A stretch of 64,000 nt of DNA from Trypanosoma brucei (lineage: Eukaryota): the NCBI GenBank assembly GCA_000002445.1, contig AL929603.2, positions 992,001-1,056,000 of the forward strand, read 5' to 3'. Positions 1 to 9,700 of this stretch are shown piece by piece. How positions within the stretch are numbered: the first letter of the stretch is position 1; each line of letters starts with the position of its first letter. The notes under the pieces are model-generated. The model made no database searches. It saw only the letters and a list, made by a program, of their open reading frames with translations, and was not told the origin of the DNA. Made by a program: the position numbers and the translations under genes.

Positions 1-3
1 ACA

Positions 4-1368
4 ATGAGGTGTGAAACAGTGTTTACTGTTGGGTTGTTTGCGATTGTTTTATCTCCTTCCTTTCAGGGGGATTTGGGGTCGTTCAAATGGAGCACAGAAT
101 TGATTGACTGGAGCAAGATTACAGAATATATTGATGAGAGTTATAAGCACCATAACGCTGGTGAGTTCGAGACACTGTGCAAGATTTACAGAATTACGCA
201 GGCAGAAGCTCCACAACCTTCCTTTGAGAATCGCGAGAAGGAAGGAGAGATTATGAATAAGTTGGAGGAAATGGTCAAGCAAACGGCGGGTGCTGGTGTT
301 AATAACAGTTCAAGCAAGTCAGGTAACAGCACGACAGCATATCAGGAGATAAGGAAACTGTTTGAGAAGGCGAAAGCGCTGAAGGAGGAAATTGAGGTGA
401 ACAGGACAAAAGCCTTAAATGCAAGTCGTTCTGCTGAAGATAATATGCTGAGAGCTGTGTATGGCGACGCTGTGGATGTTGCAAGAAATGAGAATAAAAC
501 TCTAGAGCAAGCCATGAGGGGAAACAAATCACTGCTGTTCAATAATGTCGACAATGCGGGCACGAGCTGCGGTTCTTATGGAGAGAAGTTTGTTGGAAAG
601 ACACTAATTAATGACTTTTTCTGCCTATGTGTGGGAGAGGCTATAGGTGGAACAGGGAGCGTAATAGAAAAAAAAGTGGAAAGGGGAGATGTTTTTAATA
701 CACATATATATAATGGGTTTAATTGTCCTTGTAAAGATGAGATAAGGAGGCCAAGTAATGGTAGTTGGACCATGATGGCTGAATTTTGTGCGAGTGGCGA
801 GGAGCTTTGCGAGCCTCAAAACGTCATATACAACCATACTGAAGCATGGAATGTGATCAGCAAAGCTTGTGTATACAAGAATATTGCATCGAATGTGAAA
901 ACCTTAAAGAGTGCACTAGCTCACTTTGATTCACTAGTAAATTTGGAACAGGATAAATATCAGGTGAAGGGCATTTTCGGTTATGTGAAAACTGAAAACA
1001 ACACAAATCACACCTGCACGGGTCATACTGCTGGATTCACATGTGTTAGTTACAGTTACACACTTGAAAATGGTGGGATTCCATGGTACAATCACCTTAC
1101 TAACGCTACTGAGCAACTGCAAGAAATGGATGAATATGCCAAAGAGGCTGACAGTCATCTTCATGAGTTGGAAGAATACCAACATGAGGCAGAGGAAATA
1201 TTTCTTGAGGTGAAGCTAGGAGGTGATGCGGAGCTATGGAAAAGCAACCGAGGTAAGGGTGATGGTGAAGGTGATAATACAGTGGTAGATAATGATGGAC
1301 TTACTCATTTGAATATTGCAACTGGGGGTTTTACATTATTAGTTTTATCTCTTATTTGTACGCTTTAG
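4..1368 (+). CDS. ESAG2-like GPI-anchored surface glycoprotein (copy 1), VSG-like N-terminal motif EFETLC. The start may lie upstream of the window edge.
   Basis: 455-codon ORF with a signal peptide (MRCETVFTVGLFAIVLSPSFQG), many N-x-S/T sites, about 20 Cys and a C-terminal hydrophobic GPI-type tail (GGFTLLVLSLICTL). It is the first gene of a conserved ESAG2>ESAG11>ESAG1 order and has a near-identical paralogue at 26092..27468. The family name rests on size, topology and synteny, not on an alignment. Confidence 0.6.
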   Translation: MRCETVFTVGLFAIVLSPSFQGDLGSFKWSTELIDWSKITEYIDESYKHHNAGEFETLCKIYRITQAEAPQPSFENREKEGEIMNKLEEMVKQTAGAGVNNSSSKSGNSTTAYQEIRKLFEKAKALKEEIEVNRTKALNASRSAEDNMLRAVYGDAVDVARNENKTLEQAMRGNKSLLFNNVDNAGTSCGSYGEKFVGKTLINDFFCLCVGEAIGGTGSVIEKKVERGDVFNTHIYNGFNCPCKDEIRRPSNGSWTMMAEFCASGEELCEPQNVIYNHTEAWNVISKACVYKNIASNVKTLKSALAHFDSLVNLEQDKYQVKGIFGYVKTENNTNHTCTGHTAGFTCVSYSYTLENGGIPWYNHLTNATEQLQEMDEYAKEADSHLHELEEYQHEAEEIFLEVKLGGDAELWKSNRGKGDGEGDNTVVDNDGLTHLNIATGGFTLLVLSLICTL

Positions 1369-1520
1369 TTTGCTTCTACGTTACCTATTATATTATGTTT
1401 TCTTTTGTTTTTTCGCTTCTTTGTTGCTGCGTCTATTTGGTATAATATGCTTATGTATGTATGTTCATGTATGTGTTAATTTCTCATGAGATGTAAATGT
1501 TTTAAATTATCCCATATAAA

Positions 1521-1536
1521 CTTGTTTTGTTTCTAG
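1521..1536 (+). promoter_or_regulatory. Polypyrimidine tract plus AG trans-splice acceptor upstream of the ESAG11-like gene
   Basis: cttgttttgtttctAG lies 8 nt before the ATG at 1544. The identical element precedes the paralogue at 27645. Confidence 0.5.
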
Positions 1537-1543
1537 ATAAGTA

Positions 1544-2662
1544 ATGAAGGTGGTATCACTTTTTCTTGCAGCGTGTCTGGCAGTATTGGGTGCTGTCAGT
1601 AAGGCAGTGACGGGGCAGCCTTCCGGTAAGGCCATGACACTCAAGGGAGCTGAAACATTATGCAATCTCAGTCATGCCTTGAGGGCCGTGAGTGCTAAGA
1701 CTCAGGACAAACAAAAGAATGCGACAGAAATGGTGGATAAGTTTCGGGAGTGGAGACATCGGCACGGTGTAAAGGGAAGGACATGGAGGGCAATAGTGCA
1801 GGGTTTGGAGAAGATAGGTGTTGTTAATGAAAGTTACATGGAAGGTATAAAGAAAACATATGCGGAAATGGAAAAGATAATGAACAATACAGACAAGGCT
1901 CTGCAGGTAATGGATACTAGTTTTTTAAACATTGTAAGAGTTTCCTATCATGTTGTGAATGCATCACTGTCAATAGGACAAGTGTTGAGGGATCTGGTAG
2001 TATTGTTTGAGCAAACAAAGGGAAGTGGAAACAATTGGTGCTGTTTGGTGAAGGAGAAAACTGCCTCTTCAGGAAATGGATGTGGAAGTGGGAGCGGTAG
2101 TGGAAGTGATGGCAAACACGAGTTGGCCGAGGCTCCAGAAGAGTGTAATATGTCTGTTACAAAGGATATGTCAGATTATGGTATACTTGCCACGCTAGAT
2201 AAATACACAAATAACCAAGATGTTGAATTAACAGTTAACGCGTCACCGAACTGCTGGATTATGGGTACGGAAGAGGTTGCAAATGGAGGAGCTGGATCTT
2301 TTATAGTGGGAACCACTGGAGGGTTCGTTACCTATAGCCAAGGTTCTGCCGTTATCCTGAAGTCTGGTGACATGGTGCTCAAACTTATCAGCAATTACAC
2401 TTCAATCAGAGACGGATATGAAAGTATTACAAAACAGTACCGTGATGTAGAGCCAACTCTTACTTCCTTTTCTGAGCATGAAAATAAACTAAAAAAATTG
2501 TTAACTCAGAGTCCGATGGTGCGTAGATATTTCAAGGAGAATGGAAGGAAACGCAAGGGAAGTGTCGATGACGATGATGTTATAGATGAAGAAGGATTTA
2601 CAATGAGGAAGCAACATACCCTAATGGGTTTAATGGCTTTTGCAGCAGTTTTGGTTATGTAA
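1544..2662 (+). CDS. ESAG11-like GPI-anchored surface protein (copy 1)
   Basis: 372 aa with a signal peptide (MKVVSLFLAACLAVLGAVS), an AETLCNLSHAL VSG-like motif, N-glycosylation sites and a C-terminal hydrophobic tail (MGLMAFAAVLVM). It sits between the ESAG2-like and ESAG1-like genes as in expression sites. Paralogue at 27645..28739. Confidence 0.55.
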   Translation: MKVVSLFLAACLAVLGAVSKAVTGQPSGKAMTLKGAETLCNLSHALRAVSAKTQDKQKNATEMVDKFREWRHRHGVKGRTWRAIVQGLEKIGVVNESYMEGIKKTYAEMEKIMNNTDKALQVMDTSFLNIVRVSYHVVNASLSIGQVLRDLVVLFEQTKGSGNNWCCLVKEKTASSGNGCGSGSGSGSDGKHELAEAPEECNMSVTKDMSDYGILATLDKYTNNQDVELTVNASPNCWIMGTEEVANGGAGSFIVGTTGGFVTYSQGSAVILKSGDMVLKLISNYTSIRDGYESITKQYRDVEPTLTSFSEHENKLKKLLTQSPMVRRYFKENGRKRKGSVDDDDVIDEEGFTMRKQHTLMGLMAFAAVLVM

Positions 2663-2740
2663 TTCAATGTTATATTTTATGCTACGGTTCTGTTATTGGT
2701 ATTGTGCGTTTGTGATACCCACTGCTTTTTTGTGTAATGG

Positions 2741-2789
2741 AGGGGATGTGTTTTTCCTCTTTTATATCTTTTGCCACATGTGATTGTAG
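2741..2789 (+). promoter_or_regulatory. Polypyrimidine tract plus AG splice acceptor upstream of the ESAG1-like gene
   Basis: tgtttttcctcttttatatcttttgcc followed by tgtAG just before the ATG at 2793. Conserved in the copy at about 28820..28868. Confidence 0.45.
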
Positions 2790-2792
2790 GTA

Positions 2793-3767
2793 ATGAAAGT
2801 TACGATAGCGGAATTGGTTGTTTTGTTATTTTCTGTAATTTGTATTGATGGGAAGGAGGACAATGGGTGTACGTTGATAACAGATTATCACGGTGATGCA
2901 CCTTTAAGTGAGTCCGTGTGTTATCTCAGTTGCCTTTCGGATGCATTAAATAAATTGTACAGCGAGGGAGAGAGGAGGCTGTTTGTGAATGAGGAAGTGT
3001 ATGCAAATGCATTTCGTATATTGGATGATATGGAAGGAAGAGCAGGTGAAAGTGTTAGATATTTGAGTATTATTAGTGTTGCGATGGTAGAGGAAAATAA
3101 TAGGTTGGAAAAGCTTATATCTCATGGAAATGCAATGGGAGACCTTGTAGCTAAGGCTGGTGGATTATTTGCTGAGGTTAATGAAAGTGTGAGGGCAGTG
3201 AGGAAAGAAATACCTGGTGCCCTTATAAAAGTGAATAAATATTATACGGCTATTGCTGAGATCACAAGGACTGTGTGGGATGATGTTAAAGCTGTGGAAA
3301 GTGGAAAGCACGAATGTAAAGATCAAGAGTTTAGAGGTGTTAAAGAGTTTGACGTTACATGTGGAGATAACGCATGTCTGCTGGCACATGGTGTGAGTGA
3401 GGGCGCCCTCAAACATTATAAGAATGGGCTTCTTGAAATAAACGTGATGAGTGGTTCTGTGAGCAAATGCCTCAACTTACCACGCAATAACCTGTATTTG
3501 AATGGCGCGATAAATAGTTCCCACGGCTTGCTGAAGTGGCGCCAACACAGTGCCGAAATGTTCCAGCTTGAACTTAGAGTAAAGAATATTTTTAATCCCC
3601 TCGTCGCATCTTTTGCTGCTGGACAATCGTCTTCAGTACTTGCCGAAATGATGGCCAATATCACTTCGCTTTACTCTCGTTTCAACGAAGTCCACAGGAG
3701 TTTCACTTCTTTGCTAGTCAACCCCAATCTCACTGACACCGGGGATGGTATTGATTCCATTTTTTAA
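2793..3767 (+). CDS. ESAG1-like membrane glycoprotein (copy 1)
   Basis: 324 aa with an N-terminal hydrophobic signal anchor (IAELVVLLFSVICI), no C-terminal hydrophobic tail, multiple N-x-S/T sites and the conserved motifs SVCYLSCLSDALNKLY and PFAAGQ. Last gene of the ESAG2/11/1-type triplet. Three further full-length paralogues lie in the window. Confidence 0.6.
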   Translation: MKVTIAELVVLLFSVICIDGKEDNGCTLITDYHGDAPLSESVCYLSCLSDALNKLYSEGERRLFVNEEVYANAFRILDDMEGRAGESVRYLSIISVAMVEENNRLEKLISHGNAMGDLVAKAGGLFAEVNESVRAVRKEIPGALIKVNKYYTAIAEITRTVWDDVKAVESGKHECKDQEFRGVKEFDVTCGDNACLLAHGVSEGALKHYKNGLLEINVMSGSVSKCLNLPRNNLYLNGAINSSHGLLKWRQHSAEMFQLELRVKNIFNPLVASFAAGQSSSVLAEMMANITSLYSRFNEVHRSFTSLLVNPNLTDTGDGIDSIF

Positions 3768-6700
3768 CGAACACGGTTATGAGCATGTTCTTAATACATT
3801 GTGTGTATGCGCCTACTTACGTGTCGTGTGTGTGTGTTTTGTGCTGGTGTGCGCCCGTGAAGTTTTTTTTCGCCTTGGAGGAGTAATAGCGGCGGTGAAT
3901 TTTCGACAATGGGTACGTGCATTGCGTTTCTACATGGCGTAGAAAATATTTCGTCTCATTTCTGTCGTGGTAATAAAGTCCCTAGTGTACTTTTAACGCA
4001 CTCGTGCATCCGGTCCGCGCTTTGTTTGTTGTGGTAATAAAAACCAGAGACCCATCTCAACTCTTTTTTTTTTTCGTGCCTCAACCTTGGATTGCCCACA
4101 AAGACTTAGCTATTTGTTGGTTAGGTGGCCAGGGCGTTAATATTTCCCCCAGTGTGCGTGATGTTTTTTAGTTTATGTTGGTGGGACAGAGTTGCCTCTT
4201 GAGAGGCAGCGACCGGGTGAATGCGGAACACTTGTGGTTCATGTGCGGCGAGTGAGCGGTTCTTTGGCTGCAGCGGTTAACGGCGGGGGCACTACGTGCT
4301 TGTTCGCTGTTGGCGGTTGGCCGCTGAACAACCATACAGGCCGTCGATGGATGGCGTTAAAAGTTCCTTATTTTTTCACCTTCATTCTATGGCACAACTT
4401 CTTATTGTTGAAGGGTCGCCTGGAATGTTACCTGACACACATCTTGGCATGCGTTCCCATAGTGATTGCCTTTGTTCAAACATTTTACCATAGATATATG
4501 GCGGCTGTAGTTCCCTCTGTACGTTGTCTGTGCTTTGCTCCCTGTTTGGGGTGCTTTCCATGCTCCTTTCCTTTCCCATTGATGCGCTTTTATCGTTAGG
4601 TTAGCCACTGAGCCGCGGCGCGATTGCAAAACGTAGGCGAAATGTGCAGGTAAAGCAGATCTTTGTTTCACATGGCTCCCCGTGGCGGGGACGCTTTGAG
4701 ACAGATGGACGAGACGACCTGCAACTTTGGTGGTCCCTTTTGTGAATCCCCCGATGCCCTTTCTGTGTGCTTCGCTGCTTCTTCACATGGCCGAAGTAAT
4801 GAATCCGGCGGCCCCACATCTTTTGTTTTCCTTTATCTTCTTGCTATTTGCAGAGAGTTTGAAGGTGCCAATATGCGTGACCCCAAGGCATGTGCACTTT
4901 CTTCCCTACACACATGCACACACACATCATCACATGGTTTTATGGGCCACCCCGTGATGCAGCCGATTCCTTGTTGTGGCATTTTACAGGTGCTTTTTAG
5001 ACCCGTGTCTACGCTTATGATGATTAGGTTGTTTGCAAAGAAGCTGTTCCTCATTCCTGATGATTTGTTTACCTTTCGGTTGAGGGGGCCCCTTCTGATT
5101 ATGAGCAGCATTGATCCAGGGAACGGATCGTTGCGGCACCCCGCAGGTTCGGAAAATGGCGTTTCACAATATCTTGTTTGTTTTCACTCTGGGGGTTTAA
5201 CTGTACAGGAACCGTCCCATTCATCTCGCTGGGTGGGGATATATTTTGCAGCGACTTAGCGCCACAGCGATTTACAAACGATCCACTGGGTCGAATGCCT
5301 GTGCCGCCTTTTTTTCCTGTTTTCCAACCATATTTCAACCAAACAGCTGTGCCACAGCGTCTGCTGTTGAGCATTTGAAGCCCTGACTATCAAGGCTAAA
5401 GTAAAAGACCCAGTTGATTCTTTAGTGTCCTCGCAATTGTTCCTTTTGTTGACTCGCAGAGGGCACTGATGAGGCGATTGACTGGAACGGTGCCACCTTT
5501 GTTGCAAGCTTGTTTACCTTGAAGATCGGTATTATAATGCCCTTTTATCAACCATTTTTGGTACTGCACTGTTATCCACGCATTGGCCCTATAACTTCAA
5601 TAGGCTTTATCTTTCTTTCCTCCCGAGGCCCTAAACTTCCTCTCCGTGCATATTATTTCCTGCAACTGCGGTTCCTGTGGGGAACTTACCTGACACTAAC
5701 AACAGTCCCTTCTTATAGGCAACTTGCGCCTACAGTTCCCCACTCGCGGCCACCTTGCTCTTGGGGCTTCCAGAACTTTTGTGGAACTCCTCCCGCGAAT
5801 CATGTAGCCGTCCCTTTATCGGTATTGTCCTCTTGACAACCATTTCTGATATGCTCCGTAACCTCGGTGTAAACGCCTCATTCAACGGCTCCCAGCCTTC
5901 TGATTCCATAGCCATTGTTTTAAATGTTTCTCCCCTCCACCCCTCAGGATGTTTCGTTGGATCGCACTTTTCACGTTACGTATCTTCGCACCCTCTTTTC
6001 TCGCATCACCAAGTTTCCTCATTCCACTTCCGATATTTGTCAGTTCTTTGCTCCAGAAGTGTTGCACCAGTCTATCTGTTTTAGGAGTTCTCGTTTCCGC
6101 TTTCATTCTCACCACAGACAGTAGCACTGCCTCCTTCACATCATCCGCTTCTAATGGGAGTATGACTGAACCTCTTTCTTCAGCCCACGCAGTCTGATTC
6201 GTTGGGGTGTTATCCAACCATTTTTTAAATAGCATGCGAATAATGCACGGCGGTGGTGGCAAAAATTGGCTTTATCAGCATTCACACTGACGTTTGGTTT
6301 GAGTGTGATTAAATTGCGATTGCTAGATATATAATGGCAGCGGGACTCGGAAAACACGGCGACAGAGATGTGACTTGCAAAGCATATTCCCACTTCTGTG
6401 AGGACGGATACCCCTCTTCCGTAGGAAAAACTTGCCGATCCCAGTCTGTGTGATCGTGAAATCGGTCTGAGCTCCCTTTCGTCCAGCCAAACTTGTTCCT
6501 CTTAACTTTCTTTTGGCATCCGAAAGAATTGTCGGGCCAACGTCCTTCTTAACGCCACCTCTATACAGTGGTGACGACAGACCACAGATGCCCAAAGAAG
6601 TGCGTTTGAATGCACAGAAGGATAAATAAATAACACTTTGAACTGCAGAGAACCGACGGCGTTCACCTTCCCATCTGTGTGGAAGATACCGGATCGTAGC

Positions 6701-9700
6701 ATCATGATGAAACCGCCAGTATCGTCAGGGAATAACAATATTATTACACAACTTAATAGCACCCCATTTTACAACATTCTCTTTTTCTAAGAATAGCGGC
6801 AACAATCGTCACCGTTATCACTTCAGACACAAGTTGCCATGGCACAGACCGCGACACCGTGGCAACAAGCAAGGATATTTAGAAAACGAACTGCGATGAC
6901 CAAATTTCACTGAAAACATACATGGCCATAGGCTAAACATATGCATGTGGCGGTATGCATTGCCACGGCTTCCGACAAAAATTCTGTCAAAACATCTGGT
7001 GTTTCTTTTTCTTTTTTGCGTCAAGTCACGCACCTACACGCCCACGGCGCTACACTTCCCATCCTCTCCCCAATTCTTATCCTCTTCTTGATGTTCATAC
7101 TTGTGTATTCGAAGTGCTTCTGGTACAAATTTGTGTGACACTCCGCCCTTTTCATATGTGGCGTTCTGGCGACTATCCTTAGGTAAAATATCCAAGTATT
7201 AAGAAAAAACTGCTTCATTGCAGACAAGAAAAATACAAGTGAGTTATCAACATGTCGACTAGGATGAATATGCATGATGATGAATACAAACAGAAAAGAA
7301 ACCACATTCAACGTTGCGGTGTAAGCAAAGTTTACAGAAACACAAAACACCAGGTGTGCCTAGCAATGTCTTTTATAACAGAGAAAGTAAGGTACAGAGA
7401 CGTCAGTGTATTTTAAATTACCCTAGTTTTAAAATATTGTTGAAACAAAGAATAGATACTGCCGCTACTCAATCGCAAGTTAGTGCTTTGTTTGCTCAAT
7501 CCTTATTCACGGAACGGCAACTAATACTTCGTCGCCTTAAAAAAAAATGAGTGAGTACGCTCCCGCAACTGGGACTGCGACTTCCTCCTGTCACTATCAA
7601 TGACTTTCATTCATTTCCGTTTGCGCTGCTCCTCTATGTCGCTTCTTCAACATCCTTCTCCCTATCGTGATGACGAAACGCGCGTTGATATAATTACTCA
7701 TGCATTTAGCGATATGTTTTTTTTTTTAATTGCCATGCCACATACCATTCTTATTATCCTCAAGTTCCTCGGCCAGCTCTTTGTTATCCTTCCATGCCTT
7801 TACCTTCTATTCCTTTTCTTTGGTGGTTACGGTTGGGGCATCATACCTTAGAAGCACCGTTGGGTACAAGTAAATTGCAGACGACGTGTTACCGTTAGTC
7901 TTCCCTAATTTTTAGCCTCTACTTTTTTTTTTTGCTAAGTGCCCCTTTATATTTCCGCTTTTCGGGGGGAAATCATTATGTCTACCCGAACTGTATACTC
8001 ACTTGCATTGGAGGTCCTCAGTTGTTTGCATTCGCAAAGATAAAGTGGAGTCGAGCTTTCGCAGCCTTTTGAAATCCTCGGAGTTTCGCTTGGTCGGATA
8101 AGTCAAGCGTCGTCACCCTTCGCATCCAGTTTTCCTTTGTGACCATATAGTCCCAAGTTAGTGTATTCTACCTAAAATATGTTAAGAACTGCCGATGTAC
8201 ATCCCTTTGAGCGCTTCTATCTATCTCCGAATGCTTTATTTAGTTCAAAGACTGACATCCTATGGGGCCCGATAACACGCGATTCATTCAGCGGGTACTC
8301 AAATACCATTAGCCGAAAACGATTAAGAGGAGAAATCAATTTCAAACTATTGAAGTGTTCCCACCTCACCAACGAACACCCGCTCCTGAATCAGTCCACG
8401 AACTAAGAAAGCTACCTTCTAAAGCATCAGGTCGCAGCGCCCAAGTTCCACTACCGCACAAAGTCCTCAGAGGCGTTACGAGTTAGTGCCCCCAAAGGCG
8501 AATTCGCACCAATTACTTAACATGAAGCGCCCTTAAACCCCAACTCAGCGATTGTGATAGAACGTGTCGTCGAATGTCGCCATTTCACAATGCACAGCGC
8601 GTGCGGCCGTAAGTGAACTTTGCACATACGCTCCCGACGGCCACTTTCCCAACTGCGAAGATCAAGCCGACTTCTACAGGGTCGTCTTGACCTAAAGGAA
8701 GAGTGTCAATAATCCAATTCAAGTTCATACCCTCCGCACCAACCGGAGTCTTTACGTCCCCTAGTTTCATTTTAGGGGCGATCGTCTGAGATGGACGTCT
8801 GCAACGTCAATAGTATTAAAGGTTTTCAAAACCAACGATAGCTTCGTTCTCGTCAGCAGCCGGCCCGATTTCCCGCTATATGGTATGCGACCCGAGCTCA
8901 TTTCCGGGGAAGAGAAATCCGAGGCCGGCGAAAGGCCGCAAAGCCAATCGCACACATACGGGAGGGTCGGTTCATGTCTTCCCTCCAGGCTGTTCACTTC
9001 AATCGCACTGAGCCGCCCAAGTTCACTTCTTGCCGAATGGAAATGTCTGTATTCGTGACGGTCAGTGCTTTACCTCCTTTCTTTTTGTTTTAGAGCGTGT
9101 CCACGCACATTAATTTCTTGTTCGCACCCGTGACTGAACACCCTGACGCCATTTAAACTATTCAATAGCAGTGCCCCAGGTTGCTGGCTAGAGCACGTAC
9201 TTCTTTTCCCTTTTTTCTTAAACAAACGCACACGCGTTCCGCTTCATCGCATCGGTTCAAGTTTTCGGAGTATTTAGTGCCGAGCGGCGATCGCCGTCTC
9301 ATGGCAACAGTGTCCCCGCTGCCGCCAACAGCTTCAGCGGTGTCAGCTGTGGTATATGAAGGCCGTCCCTTTGCTCTTTTCTTGGGTTGTGCGACCTTTT
9401 TTTTTTTTTCAGTCAGTCCATCTCTTCGAGGGAGGTTTCAGTTGCATCTTCAGCCGGTCCCTACAGGTGGGGCTTTCGGCTCCATTATTCTGTTTTCGCA
9501 GCGCTTGTTTGTGTTTTCGCGGTAAACTCATCCCCCATTCCTCGGGCGCGTAGCCCCCATCGCCGGTCACGGCGCTTGTCGATGCGCATCCATGCCCCTC
9601 CATACCCGTTTTTTAATTTTTTGTTTCTTTGCTTCCACACCGAGCCGCGTAGAATTCCTCGGCGAACTGTTTCATACACTCAGGTAGTTCCGGCCTCGAT

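Larger units (their letters stand above)
1..3800 (+). repeat. Segmental duplication unit A (ESAG2-like / ESAG11-like / ESAG1-like cassette), copy 1. Copy 2 is at about 26085..29880.
   Basis: Coding regions and the intergenic spacers (1369..1543 vs 27469..27644; 2663..2792 vs 28740..28871) are nearly identical by eye, with localised divergent patches. Confidence 0.8.

Noticed and set aside
49-1185. Numerous 60-140-aa ORFs antisense to, or nested in other frames of, the large genes (e.g. 49..282-, 299..532-, 3165..3416-, 16149..16565-, 35653..36425-).
   Set aside because: They overlap well-supported coding regions on the opposite strand or in another frame, have biased composition, and recur in each paralogue only because the sense gene is duplicated.
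3768-4400. Looked for a 70-bp-repeat block or VSG immediately downstream of each ESAG1-like gene (3768+, 29856+, 41117+, 48795+), as expected in a bloodstream expression site.
   Set aside because: No TAA/TGA trinucleotide runs or GTGTTGTGAGTGTG cores are present there. The only 70-bp units are the two single copies flanking the minus-strand VSGs, so the ESAG-like array is not an active expression-site terminus.
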